From assembly GCA_043228905.1 (NCBI GenBank), contig JBHGNT010000012.1, forward strand, positions 17,050,001 through 17,114,000: a stretch of DNA of 64,000 bases. The letters run 5' to 3'. This stretch comes from Azolla caroliniana. Lineage: Eukaryota; Plantae; Polypodiophyta. Below, piece after piece: positions 12,971 to 25,043 of this stretch. Position 1 is the stretch's first letter. The number at the start of each line of letters is the position of its first letter. The position numbers were made by a program, and so were the translations under genes. The notes beneath the pieces are model-generated. The model was not told the DNA's origin. It worked only from the letters and a program-made list of their open reading frames with translations, and did not search any database.

Positions 12971-15900
12971 CTCCCCCTCAAGCTCAACTTGAGGTTCCAC
13001 CTGCTTCGCCGGATCTACTTTTCGGTTCCTTCTGGCTTCACGCCTCGTTCGCGTTCCTCGACCCGTTCGATTTCGCGCACCTCGACCCTTCCGGTCGGCT
13101 TGTCTGCTTACACGGCCCTTCTCAGCTTCCTTACTGTTGCGGTGTTGGCGCCTCTTCTGCTGCCTTCTCTTCTGCTTGGCCCTTGGTTGATTCAGCGTAT
13201 CTGAATCAAACATCTGAACCGACTCGGTTTCCTCCGATCAGTTTTCGCTCTCGTCTGAGTTGGTTGTCTCTAACTCATCTTCGGTCTTCTCACCCTTGAT
13301 GGCTTCGTCTCCCACACGCTTGGTTGGATTTGGCTCTTTCTTTCGACTGCTCCCTTTATGTCCGCTTTCAGACTCTTCCGTGGATCTGCACTCGGCTTCT
13401 TCAACCGATCCGAAATTGAATTCGTCATCCAACTCGGTGTCACGGTCTTTTCCACTCCTTTCCCGCTCCCTTCCGTGGTCATCATGGACGTCTCTCCCCC
13501 TCAAGTTCAGCACGTCGAGGTGACGCAACCCAAGCGCACCCGAGAATTGCCGCAACTTGTCCAGACCAAGAGGCTTGGTGAAGATGTCATTGTTTTGCCG
13601 ATCCATCAGAACATACTGAAGTTCGACTTCACCGGAGAGGACACGCTCACGGACGAAATGGTAGTGACCTCAATGTGCTTGGTTCGGGCGTGGAAGACGG
13701 GGGTTCTTAGCTAGCTGAATGTTGCTGAGGTTGTCGTTGGATCGGATACCTCCACCTGCAGATCCTTAAGTAGCCGCTTCAACCATATGGCTTCGCATGT
13801 CGCGACAGCCGCTCCTCTATACTCGGCTTCGGTGCTTGACAGTGCAACTGTCAGCTGCTTCTTGCTACTCCACGCGATCGCGGCACTCCCAAGAGAGAAC
13901 ACGAAACTGGATGTGGATCGGCGATCGTCGGCATTTCTGGCCCAATCAGCATTGGTGTAACCGACTAGTTGCATGGAAGTATCGGTCCAATATAGTAGCC
14001 CCCGATCCTTAGTGCCACTGACATACCGGAGTACGCGTTGTGCGCACTAAAGGTGCTCCTCGGTCGGTCGCGCCATGAACTGACTAATCACCCCGACCAG
14101 GTAGCTGAGATCTAGTCAGGTGATGGTCAAGTATATAAGGCTTCCAACTATCTGTCAGAACCTCGTCAGGTCGCATACCTTTCCGGAATCGAGGTGAAGC
14201 TTGCTGCTTCTATCCAGAGGAGCCGAGACGGACTTACAGTTGGCCATCTCGAATTTGAAGAGCATACTCAACACGTAATGTCGTTGGCTGATCAATATGC
14301 CTTTGGGGGTGCGAATCACTTCGATCCCGAGGAAGTAATGAAGGTCCCCCAGATCCTTCATGTCAAATGATGCCGCAAGTTGGAGCTTCACGTGGTCAAT
14401 CTCACCTAGGTCGGCGCCGGTGATGACCAAGTCATCAACATAAAGTAAAATGCTAACCAGTTCGAGTGGACCTTTCCGGATGAACAGTGAGGAGACTGAT
14501 TTTGACGTCGGAAAGCCCAACCGACACAATCGTTGCGTGATCTTTGCGTTCCAGGCACGCGGGCTTGCTTTAGTCCATAAAGGGACTTCTTCAATCAGCA
14601 CACCGCCGAAGTGTTCGTTCCAGAGTGAAATCCGGGGGGTTGTACCATGTACACCTACTCCTCAAGCTCACCTTGCAGGAACGCATTCTTTACATCCATC
14701 TAATGTATGTGCCACCCCTTTGCCGCAGCTACTGCGAGGAAAACACGGTTGGTCGTCATCTTCGTGACCGGCGCAAACGTCTCATCGTAGTCGATGTCCT
14801 GTTTCTGTGCATAGCCTTTCGCTACTAACCGAGCCTTGTATCGGTTGACCGAGCCGTCAGTGTTGTACTTGACCTTGTAAACCCACCTACATCCGATTGG
14901 CTTCACACCTTTCAGTGCGTCAACCAGGTCCCAGGTTTCATTCTCCGCTAATGCGCGCATCTCTTCCTCCATTGCGGCGCACCAATTTGTGTCCTTCACC
15001 GCTTTTGCGTAGCTCTCTGGCTCACGCACTTCAGCTACACAGGTCATGTACACATAGTGATGCACCATGTACCCATTCTATCCGAACCGCACAACAGGGT
15101 TCTTCTGGTGGGTAGATCGACGTAATTCGTGATTACCCGATTTCCTGACTTTTTCGGCTACCGTCGACCTCTTCTGTGGAGGTTCCTTCTCGATTCGCTC
15201 GAGGTCAGATTCGCTTTGAACTGACTCGGCACTACCGAAATCGTATTCCGACGTCTTCTTCTTCCCCTTCTCCTAGCGCGTAGACTTTCTCCTCGGTTTT
15301 TTATGCGGGGACTGCACGGGCGAGTCTCCACTACTCGCCGGCTCTTCATCGAACTCTCTTCGCGGGTCCCAATTTCAGGCTCATCCGGAGGCATCTCGGC
15401 CTCGTTGACCTCATTGTCAAAACTCGGATTAGAGGTGAGGTCCAGAGTCGGAGGCAAGTACCAAGACGCGGACTCGTCAAACACAACGTCGGGGCTCACG
15501 CGCGCGTGTTTGGTGCGAGGGTTATAACACTTATAACCCTTCTGCTCGTCCGAATAGCCAACCAAGATACACTTCTCGGCTTTCATGTCCAACTTCCTCC
15601 ATTTCTCCTTCGGTACATGCACATACGCAATGCTACCAAAAACTCTCAAGTGTCGCAGATTCGGCTTCCTTTCGAAATACAGCTCATGCGCCGACACTTT
15701 GTCTCCGATCCAATTCTAAATGTACACCGCGGTTCATACCGCCTCGGCCCAATAGAACTTGGGCAAACTCTTCTCCTCCAGCATTGCCTGTGCCGCTTCT
15801 ACAATTGACCGATTCTTCCTCTCAGCCACGCCATTTTGCTCCAGCGTGTATCTACAACTGAATTTGTGCCGAATTCCCATCTATTGTAGATAGTCGTTGA

Positions 15901-16270
15901 ATTGACCGGAAAAGTACTCTTTTCCGCCATCCAACCACAAGCACTTGATCTTTTGTCCTGTTTCCGTTTCCACAAATAGTCGAAGACTTCACTCTTCTTC
16001 TCGATGAGATAGGTCCACGTGTGCCGCGTATAGTCGTCGATGAAGGAGACAAAATATCGACTCCCGCCAAGACTAACGTTCTGTGCCAGCCCCCATACAT
16101 CGGAATGTATCAAATCGAGCTTGTTCCGGCTCCGGTTACGCTCGTTAGGGAAGGGAAGTCGGTGTTGCTTCCTTAGCTGGCAGGCTTCACAAATTTGCGC
16201 CTTCCGGCCACTAAAATTGGGCAATCCAAACACCACCTGTTTCGATGGTAGGTCCTGAAGCCGTTGATCG
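12965..16270 (-). mobile_element. pol: Family F Ty1/copia pol (integrase-RT-RNase H plus C-terminal tail), 5' part lost
   Basis: Motifs [62 protein letters not shown] and DIFTKPL, in copia INT-RT-RH order. Confidence 0.95.
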
Positions 16271-16280
16271 TCGTGTCTAC

Positions 16281-17012
16281 GCACCACATGCACCTGTTCC
16301 CCACTGCCGGCTGTCGGTCTCGAGCCGGTTCGCCGCCTTCCCTTCGAGCCTGGGCGATCTGGAGATCCTTTATCGCCCGCGTCAACTCCTCCAGCGTTGC
16401 TCCTCCGGACGAGCCATTGACCATGCCGGTCGAAGCCGGACCGGTTTCGAGCCATTCCCGGGTCTCTTCCCTTCGCACTTGCGGTGCCGATTCAAGTCTC
16501 CTTGCTGTGACAGAGCCCGCACCGGCCGCACCGGCCGCCCCGTTGTCAGCCCATTCTCGCCGTTTGTCGAAACGGCCACAGACTCTCTTAACCGCAGCCC
16601 AGTCGGTTGTCAGCCCGTCTTCGGTTTCTAGCAAGGAGCCGACTTGATCCCTGTCTCGCTCGTCCACCGACTTGACGAACAGTAGGACCCGGCTCGTATC
16701 CAGAACGGTTCGGTCAAGCGCCGAAAGGCGCGCAAAGCGTTCTTCGAACTCCCGGAGGAGTGCCGATGCGTTTCTTCCCTTACCGGGGGACTCCACCCAT
16801 TCCATGAAGTCTCGTTTCGAAAGCTGGAGCGCGTCGTCCAGCCCGTATTTTTCCAGGAGTCGGCCTTCGAACTCCTCCCAGGTACGGCTCTCCGCCCGCA
16901 CCTCGAGCACCTCCGCATGGATGCTCGGCATCGCCACTCGAGGAAACCCGGCAAGACGCCTCTCTTGCGGAATGTCCCGCATCAGCATTTCTGCCCCGTA
17001 GGACGCCAAATA
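16281..17012 (-). pseudogene. gag: Family A gag fragment (displaced)
   Basis: YLASYGAEML...RCMWC, near-identical to 6560-7057 and extending further. Confidence 0.88.
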
Positions 17013-17029
17013 CTCTTCCGGTGTCTACA

Positions 17030-17527
17030 CACAATCTCTTCCGGTGAGAATGCGAAGGCTTTCCCGTGCCTTCCGAGCATCCTCCGAAACCGGTCTTCCT
17101 CCGCCGGCAGTAAGAACCCGCCCCCACCGATTTTGAGCTCCCGGAGCGTCCCGTCGGTGAAGGTGTGTCCTATGCAGGCCGGATCTCGTAAACTGGGGTC
17201 CGACGCAACCCCTCTGATCTGGGACTCGCTGCCCTCCGGTAAGGGTGCCACGACTGGCCTTACCTTCCGGTCCACAGTCTTGTACTTTGTGCTAACTCGG
17301 GCCGTCCGATCCGACCCGAGCCCCCGACTGAAGTTCGCGATGACTTCGTACATCTCTTCGGAACATACCGGTATCGTCCGGTCTTCGTTAAGGTCTTCTC
17401 CGGCAACCTTCCTCAGCATCCCTAAGGTGTCGTCGAAGGAGACCGCCTCCACAGCTCCGCTGATTTCCTCGTCCGGGCCAAGAACTCCGCACACTCGAAG
17501 TCGCTCTTCCGCCCTTGTCTTTTCTCG
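17030..17527 (-). pseudogene. pol: Family A pol N-terminus (pre-RT region)
   Basis: STKYKTVDRKVRPV...AFAFSPEEI, a duplicate of 22909-23240. Confidence 0.85.
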
Positions 17528-18862
17528 GCAGAGGCGTTGAGAAACCGGGTGGTGTACCTGTGGGAAGGCCGGGTGCACGATGGCGACACCAGGAGGGCCC
17601 TGAGCCGAAACGACGGGCGAGGAGGTATGAAGAGACTGATGGAAGAGGCAGCGGCCCGACACGTGGAGGCCATCCACTACTCGGCGTCGGCCGGTATTCG
17701 GGTTGGGGGCAGCGAGGCCCGAAAGGAGAGTAAAGACGGTTTCTGGTCGGCAATGCTGGAAGGCCTCGCCGGTGCGCAGCTGAGAAAAGATGAAACGGAC
17801 CGCGCTGAGAGACGGGTCCGGGAAATAACCGGGTGGAGTGATCCGGTCGAGGAGAAGACGGGCTTCGTAGAAGCCGCTTGCCGGAACTACGAGGCTCTGG
17901 TAGAAGATAAGCGAGTAGGGAAAGCCAGAGCGGCCGGGCCCTCACAACGGTACAAGACCCGATTCGGGCAACGACGGAACGATGCCGGTGGGCCCGGCCC
18001 GAAAGATAACCCCAGGAAGGGCGGGTACCGATTGGGGACAGAAATAGAAAGGACTACGGACCTACGAAAGGTCCTAGAAGAACGGATCCTCGACAACAAA
18101 GTGGAGCTGTCATTACGGGAGGTGCTAGGGATCGCCAAGAAGGAGTTCCACGACTCCATTGTAGACTTGGTGAAACGGAAGAGACTGTCGACGGAGACGG
18201 AACCGGAAAGACTGGTGGAGGTGCGGACGACGCACATTGACGACTCGGCGCTGGAAGATGAGTGGGCGGAGAGCCACTATTCGAGGCCACACTGGGCCCG
18301 AGCGACCACGGAGACCCCGGTAAAGATCGGAGATGTTCAGGAACCGGTGGTGGCGTTGGTGGACCACGGTTTGGAAATAAACCTAATGTCCATGGACTTC
18401 TATAAGAAGGGAAAGTGGCCGATCAACACCAGGCACGGGTGGAAGATACGGGCGGCGACGCGCGCCACCGAGGAACTGCACGGGGCCTGCCCGAATGTGC
18501 GAGTAAAGATCGGCGACGTCGAGATTGACCAACACTTCTTCGTACAGGAGACGTCCTCGCATCCGGTCATATTAGGGGAACCATACATCACGGCGGCGAG
18601 AATGGAGACCAAGGTGCTGGACAACGGTTCGGCCTACGCGAGGGTCAAAAGCCAGGACGGGCGCCATTCGGTGCAATTTTTGACGGTGCGGCCGAACCAC
18701 GAGAGAAACCGCGAGTCCCTCGGTGGCGAGAGCCGGGAGGATTTTTAGAGAGGGCTGCCAAGGCGTGGGGCCGAGACAGTCCGGATACTCGGGAAAGACC
18801 CCACGATTGTATGATAGGCAGGAGATTTTGCTTCTCCGACAGCGGAGGGTGTATGGTGGTCG
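17528..18862 (+). pseudogene. Family A gag C-terminus and aspartic protease, then the start of the -1 frame pol
   Basis: ORF 17537-18748 with ALVDHG(L/S)EINLM and VILGEP protease motifs, ending REDF-stop at G GAT TTT TAG. Confidence 0.88.
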
Positions 18863-19380
18863 GTGTGAACCGGATGAGGAGTACCCGGCTACGGAGAGCC
18901 GGATGGTGCAGAACCGGTGAGAACCGGAGGAAGAGACATATTCGTAAATATGTTTCTGAGGGCCCATCGAGGCTATATTTGTAAATAGCCGAAAAGTGAT
19001 ATTAGTATAAATATGACTTAGGGCAAACTTTTAGTTGTTGTTGTCATTTTTCTGTTTTGCACGAGATCAGTGTGCGTAACTGTACAGAGAGAGAGAGAGA
19101 GAGAAAGAGGTCGTTGCCTCTGTTGTAACCGCCGCCTGTGGCGAAGATTTGTGAGCACTAGGTCGGTGCCTCAGTGAACTCACTGTTGTATATTTCTACA
19201 TAGTGACAGTTTGCAGCCTGTGGGCTGCCGTGGTTTTTCCCCTAGTTTGGGGTTTTCCACGTAAACCTCCTGTGTATTCTCTCCTTCTTTGTGTCTCGTT
19301 TTATTTCCCGTGTTTTTGTGTATCATTCTAAGCTCGGTTGTGGCCGAGCGTCGCGCATAAGGAACATTGGGTTCCCGACA
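18863..19380 (+). repeat. Family G copia 5' LTR (5'-truncated)
   Basis: Ends TTCCCGACA, followed by the tRNA-iMet PBS TGGTATCAGAGC (19383-19394). Homologous to solo LTR 36950-37779. Confidence 0.9.
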
Positions 19381-19410
19381 AGTGGTATCAGAGCAAAACA
19401 ACACAGAAAT

Positions 19411-19720
19411 ATGGACGAATCGTTTGGTGGCATGTTCAAGCTCACCGGCTCCAACTATTCGGTATGGAAGTCGAAGATGAGGGACATGCTCGTGGTTAAA
19501 GACCTCTGGCTGCCGGTTCAGTTCGGGGACAAGAGACTGGACAAAATCGACGCCGCGATATGGGAGGTGATGCACATGAAGACAACGGCGTACATACGGT
19601 GCTTCATCGACATGAGCTTGTACAACAACTTCAATGAAGAGAGCAAGGCTCATGAGCTCTGGGAGAAGATCGACATAATGTTTCAGAACAAAAATGTTGT
19701 TAACCAGGTGTCAGTATTCC
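19411..19720 (+). pseudogene. gag: Family G copia gag N-terminus (Tnt1/Tork-like)
   Basis: MDESFGGMFKLTGSNYSVWKSKMRDML...AHELWEK. Truncated by a junction to family A RNase H. Confidence 0.88.
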
Positions 19721-21558
19721 CCCGGTATACATAACGGTGGACACGAGTCCGACCGGGATCGGATGGGTCGTCAACCAAGAAGACAAGGACGGCATTCGGT
19801 TCCCGATCTGATTCGGCGCGAAGGTCCTCAGTGAGCGACAACGAGGGTACGCCCAGGTTAAACACGAACTCTGGGGCATCGTTTCGGCAGTAAAGGCCGA
19901 CAAAGACCACCTGATCGGGACAGAAGTGATTATCGAGACGGATTGCCTGCCAATTCTCGGCATGGTTTCCGGATGCGCGACACCGGACTTGGCAATGCTC
20001 AGGTGGATAGCGTACATCAAGTCCCTGGATCCGGAAATACGACACATTTCCGGAAAGGACAACGCCATGGCCGACATGCTTTCGAGGGCGAGGTTTGATG
20101 ACGAGGAAGGCATGGTTTCGGAGGACGAGGAAGTCGGCGTGGACTTCTTCGAGGCGGCGTACGTGACGACCGATGGGACAAGCACTCCGGCACTTAACGA
20201 CTTCGACGAGAGCAAGTACGACGACAAGTGGCTCCAGATCGGTGGATTCTTGAGGACAATGACGCCGGATGCGTCATGGACGAAGGACGAGGCCAACCGG
20301 ATCCGGAAGAAAGCTTACCGATTCTTTCTCCGGGACGGATACTTATGGAAGCACCCGAAGAAGAGGGACGGCGTTCCGCTCCGGGTGGTGGTGATGAAGG
20401 AAGAACAGGAGGAGCTGCTGACGGCCTACCACGACAGCCCTTGGGCCGGACACCGTGGAACCTGGGCCACGTTCGAGAAGATAAAGGGGAAAAACTGGTG
20501 GCCGGGACTGTACCGGGACGTGCATCGATTCGTGACAACTTGCGAGAGCTGTCAGATGCACTCCATAGTCCGACACCGGGACGAACTTCACCCTACGTAC
20601 CCTCCGACCATCCACTTCAAATGGATGGTAGACCTGGTAACGATGCCGATAGGAGTAGGACAGATGCGGTATTTGGTCCTGGCTCGGGAAGATCTGACGA
20701 ACCAGGTGGAAGGTCGGGCCCTTCAGAACAAAACGACTGCAGCCGTATGTCGGTTCCTGCTCGAGGACGTAATATGCCGGTACGGGTGTGTCGGGAAGAT
20801 CGTGGCTGATCGCGGGGAGTTGGACGCCGAAGAGGCCGAGGACCTGTTCGACCGGTTAGGGGTCAAGCTCTCGCTTACCACTGCGTACAATCCGGAGGCA
20901 AATGGGAAGGTGGAGCACGTACACGGACCGATCGTCAAGGCGTTAGTGCGGAGGGCAAGTCGGGAACTGGCCACGGCTGCTGCCTTACGCGTTGTGGGCT
21001 GACCGAACTACGCACAGTTCGGTAACCGGATTCATGCCGGCAGAGCTCATGTTTGGGCAAAAGCCGGTCATGCCGATGGAACGTACGATCTCCTCATGGG
21101 CAACCGTGGATTGGAGAGACGAGATGAGCCGGGAGGAACTGTTGGCGGCGCACATACGACAGCTCGAGCGAAGACCGGAGGACGTGGAGCAGGCTGCGGA
21201 AAAGCTTCGGGAAGCAAGGATGAGGAACAAAGCCCGGTTCGACCGAACGCACCGGCTCCGACCGAAGAAGATCGAGGAAGGCGACTGGGTGCTAGTCTAT
21301 GACAACAGGCTTGACAACCAGCACTAAGCGACACGGAAGTTCGCAAGAAGGTGGTTCGTGCCTTACGTGGTACAAAGCGCCAACGACAACGGGACGTACC
21401 ATCTGGCGGAACTCGATGGTACGAGAATGGCGATACCGGTAGCGGGGAAGCGGATCAAAGCGTTCAAGAAGCGTCACGACGACGAGCCGGATCCGGTTGA
21501 CCTGGACCGCGACGACGAACGATCCGAAACCGAGGAAGAACCGACGAGCGGGGAATGA
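19721..21558 (+). mobile_element. pol: Family A (copy A2) RNase H-integrase
   Basis: ITVDTS, ETDCLP, ADMLSR; HHCC H-x6-H...CESC; catalytic VDLV...ADRGE...NGKVE; GPY-like WFVPY. PPT at ~21618-21631. Confidence 0.93.
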
Positions 21559-21631
21559 AGGCTGGACCGGTTTTCTCCGTCCCAACTCAATTTGGCGCAT
21601 GCCGGTGGATGCGCGGTTAGGTGGGGGCGGA

Positions 21632-22253
21632 TGTCGTGAAGAAAACCGTCCACAAGCGGAATCGGTGCACAGGAGCGTAGGAACCGGCTCTTCTCGAATG
21701 TTGTCCATAGAAGATCCTAGGCAGGTAGATTTAGTGGGTAGGAAGTAAAGGGGAAACGACGCCTTCCTTGGCTATAAAAGGAGGGAGACGCGAAGGGGGA
21801 GGGGATCGCGGAGAGTCGAGGACGAAGTGTTGTCGGTTTAGGTGCGAAGGCTTTTCTCCCTCTCTCTCTCTCTCTCTGGTTCGCAAGCTCCATAGCTTCC
21901 CTCTGTGTAGGTTTCGGGAGGCTCGCGCTGCTCTGAGGAATGCCCGAGTGCTTTCGGCAGCACCTCCAACCTACTCCTTCCTTCCTGTGTGTTTACGAAC
22001 AGGTATCAGCATCTGTTCGCCGGCCTGTTTGGTTTTAATCGACTTCCCGTTTTGTCGTTTGTCTTTGTTAGTACATACATACCTTCGTGTCTCTCTGTGT
22101 CGCTGTCCCACTCGCGTCTTTGTGTCGAAGGGCCGTGTCCCTGTGAATCTACTCTCGCACGTAGTGGGTCTCTTCTCTTTTCTCTCTTGCTCTTCGGTAT
22201 AGGACCCCCGAGGTCCCGCCTCATTCCACGCATCCGCGAGGAATACCTCGACA
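21632..22253 (+). repeat. Family A 3' LTR (copy A2)
   Basis: TGTCGTGAAG...CCTCGACA after PPT TTAGGTGGGGGCGGA. Downstream flank is GCGG. Confidence 0.95.
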
Positions 22254-22550
22254 GCGGCAAGTGAAGAAGAGTTGATGCTCATCACCGAGGAGTGTGAGAT
22301 AAACCTTGCCGGCGACGAGATGACCTGGGTGGTAGACTCCGGAGCGTCGTTCCACCTTACCCCGGACCGGAAATGCTTCTCATCCTACTCAGCCGGTGAT
22401 CACGGCTGTGTCCGGATGGGAAATGAAGGGACATGCTGAATTGTCGGCATAGGAGACGTGTGGCTGTCAACACCAACCGGATGCAAGTTGCTGCTGAAGG
22501 ATGTCTGACACGTTCCGGAGGTTCGTCTGAACCTGATATTAGCCGGTCAG
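22254..22550 (+). pseudogene. Family G copia protease region
   Basis: AASEEELMLI...WVVDSGASFHLTP. Continues the G gag end found at 25015-25043 (-). Confidence 0.88.
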
Positions 22551-22908
22551 TGACGAGAACCCAACGTTCCTTATGTCCAACACTTGGCCACAACCGAGAT
22601 TCTTTTCATACACAGAAAAACAGGTAATAAAACACGACACAAAGGAGAGGAAGATACACACACACTACACAGGAGGTTTACGTGGAAAACCCCAAACTAA
22701 GGGAAAAACCACGACAGTCCACAGGCTGCAAACTGTCACTATGTAAGAATGTACAAAACAGTGAGTCCACGGAGGCAACGACCTCGTGCTCACGATCTTC
22801 GCCACAGGCGGCGGTTACAACAGAGGCAACAACCTCGTTCTCTCTCTCTCTCTGTACAGTTTCACACTCTGATTTCGTGCAAAACAGAAAATGACAACAA
22901 CAACTAAC
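22551..22908 (-). repeat. Partial G-type LTR
   Basis: Reverse-complement homology to 19030-19380. Confidence 0.85.
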
Positions 22909-24436
22909 TGGCGTCCGATGCAACCCCTCTGATTCGGGACTCGCTGCCCTCCGGTAAGGGTGCCGCGACTGGCCTTACCTTCCGGTCCACATTCTTGTAC
23001 TTCGTGCTAACTCGGGCCGTCCGATCCGACCCGAGCCCCTGACTGAAGCTCGCGATGACTTCGTACATCTCTTCGGAACATACCGGTATCGTTCGGTCTT
23101 CGTTAAGGTCTTCTTCGGCTACCTTCCTCAGCATTCCCAAGGTGTCGTCGAAGGAGACCGCCTCCACGGCTCCACTGATTTCCTCGTCCGGGCCGAGAAC
23201 TCCGCACGCTCGAAGTCGCACTTCCGCCCTTGTCTTTTCTCGGCCGACGATGCCGACTATCATACACCCCCTGTTGTTGGAGAAGCAAAATTTCCTACCT
23301 ATCGTACAGTCGTGGGGTCTTTTCCGAGTGTCCGGGCTGTCTCGGCCCCACACCTTCGCAACCCTCTCTAAAAATCCTCCCGGCTCTCGCCATCGAGGGA
23401 TTCGCGGTTTCTCTCGTGGTTCGGCCGCACCGTCAGAAATTGCACCGAATGGCGCCCGTCCTGGCTTTTGACCCTCGCGTAGGCCGAACCGTTGTCCAAC
23501 ACCTTGGTCTCCATTCTCGCCGCCGTGATGTATGGTTCCCCTAATATGACCGGATGCGAGGACGTCTCCTGTACGAAGAAGTGCTGGTCAATCTCGACGT
23601 CGCCGATCTTTACTCGCACATTCGGGCAGGCCCCGTGCAGTTCCTCAGTGGCGCGCGTTGCCGCCCGTATCTTCCACCCGTGCCTGGTGTTGATCGACCA
23701 CTTTCCCTTCTTATAGAAGTCCATGGACATTAGGTCTATTTCCGAACCGTGGTCCACCAACGCCACCACCGGTTCCTGAACATCTCCGATCTTTACCGGG
23801 GTCTCCGTGGTCGCTTGGGCCCAGTGTGGTCTCGAATAGTGGCTCTCCGCCCACTCATCTTCCAGCGCCGAGTCGTCGATGTGCGACGTCCGCAACTCCA
23901 CCGGTCTTTCCGGTTCCGTCTCCGTCGACAGTCTCTTCCGTTTCACCAAGTCTACAATGGAGTCGTGGAACTCCTTCTTGGCGATCCCTAGCACCTCCCG
24001 TAATGACAACTCCACTTTGCTGTCTAGGACCTTTCGTAGGTCCGTAGTCCTTTCTATTTCCGTCCCCAGTCGGTACCCGCCCTTCCTGGGGTTATCTTGC
24101 GAGCTGGACCCACCGACATCGTTCCGTCGTTGCCCGAATCGGGTCTCGTACCGTTGTGAGGGCCCGGCCGCTCCGGCTTTCCCCACTCGTTTTTCTTCTA
24201 CCAGAGCCTCGTAGTTCCGGCAGGCGGCTTCTACGAAGCCCGTCTTCTCCTCGACCGGATCGCTCCACCCGGTTATTTCCCGGACCCGTCTCTCAGCGCG
24301 GTCCGTTTCGTCTTTCCTCAGTCGTGCGCCGGCGAGGCCTTCCAGCATTGCCGACCAGAACCCGTCTTTGCTCTCCTTTCGGGCCTCGCTGCCCCCGACC
24401 TGAATACCGGCTGACGCCGAGTAGTGGATGGCCTCC
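22909..24436 (-). pseudogene. Family A (copy A2) gag C-terminus, protease and pol N-terminus
   Basis: ORF 23368-24474 with LVDHGSEID, and ORF 22904-23353 with KYKNVDRKVRPV in the -1 frame. Confidence 0.9.
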
Positions 24437-24484
24437 CTCTGCACCCTTGCATTGTCGTAGTGTAATTTGCACACTCACCAAAGA

Positions 24485-25014
24485 TGTCGAGGTATTCCTC
24501 GCGGATGCGTGGAATGAGGCGGGACCTCGGGGGTCCTGTACCGAAGAGCAAGAGAGAAAAGAGAAGAGACCCACTACGTGCGAGAGTAGATTCACAGGGA
24601 CACGGCCCTTCGACACAAAGATGCGAGTGGGACAGCGACACAGAGAGACACGAAGGTATGTATGTACTAACAAAGACAAACGACAAAACGCGAATTCGAT
24701 TACAACCGAACAGGCCGGCGAACAGATGCCGAAACCTGCACAGAGGGAAGCTATGGAGCTTGCGAACCAGAGAGAGAGAGAGAGAGGGAGAAAAGCCTTC
24801 GCACCTAAACCGACAACACTTCGTCCTCGACTCTCCGCGATCCCCTCCCCCTTCGCGTCTCCCTCCTTTTATAGCCAAGGAAGGAGCCGTTTCCCCTTTA
24901 CTTCCTACCCACTAAATCTACCTGCCTAGGATCTTCTATGGACAACATTCAAGAAGAGCCGGTTCCTACGCTCCTGTGCACCGATTCCGCTTGTGGACGG
25001 TTTTCTTCATGACA
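24485..25014 (-). repeat. Family A 5' LTR (copy A2, internally deleted)
   Basis: Same LTR subtype as 21632-22253. Followed in sense by a TCTTTGGTGA PBS remnant. Upstream flank in element sense is GCGG. Confidence 0.92.
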
Positions 25015-25043
25015 CCGCGATTGCCGTCGTCCCCTTCCGGTCA

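Noticed and set aside
16245-24929. Many overlapping antisense and alternative-frame ORFs in GC-rich family A, element I and LTR sequence
   Set aside because: Shadow ORFs expected from high GC content. Several cross rearrangement junctions and none shows recognisable domains.
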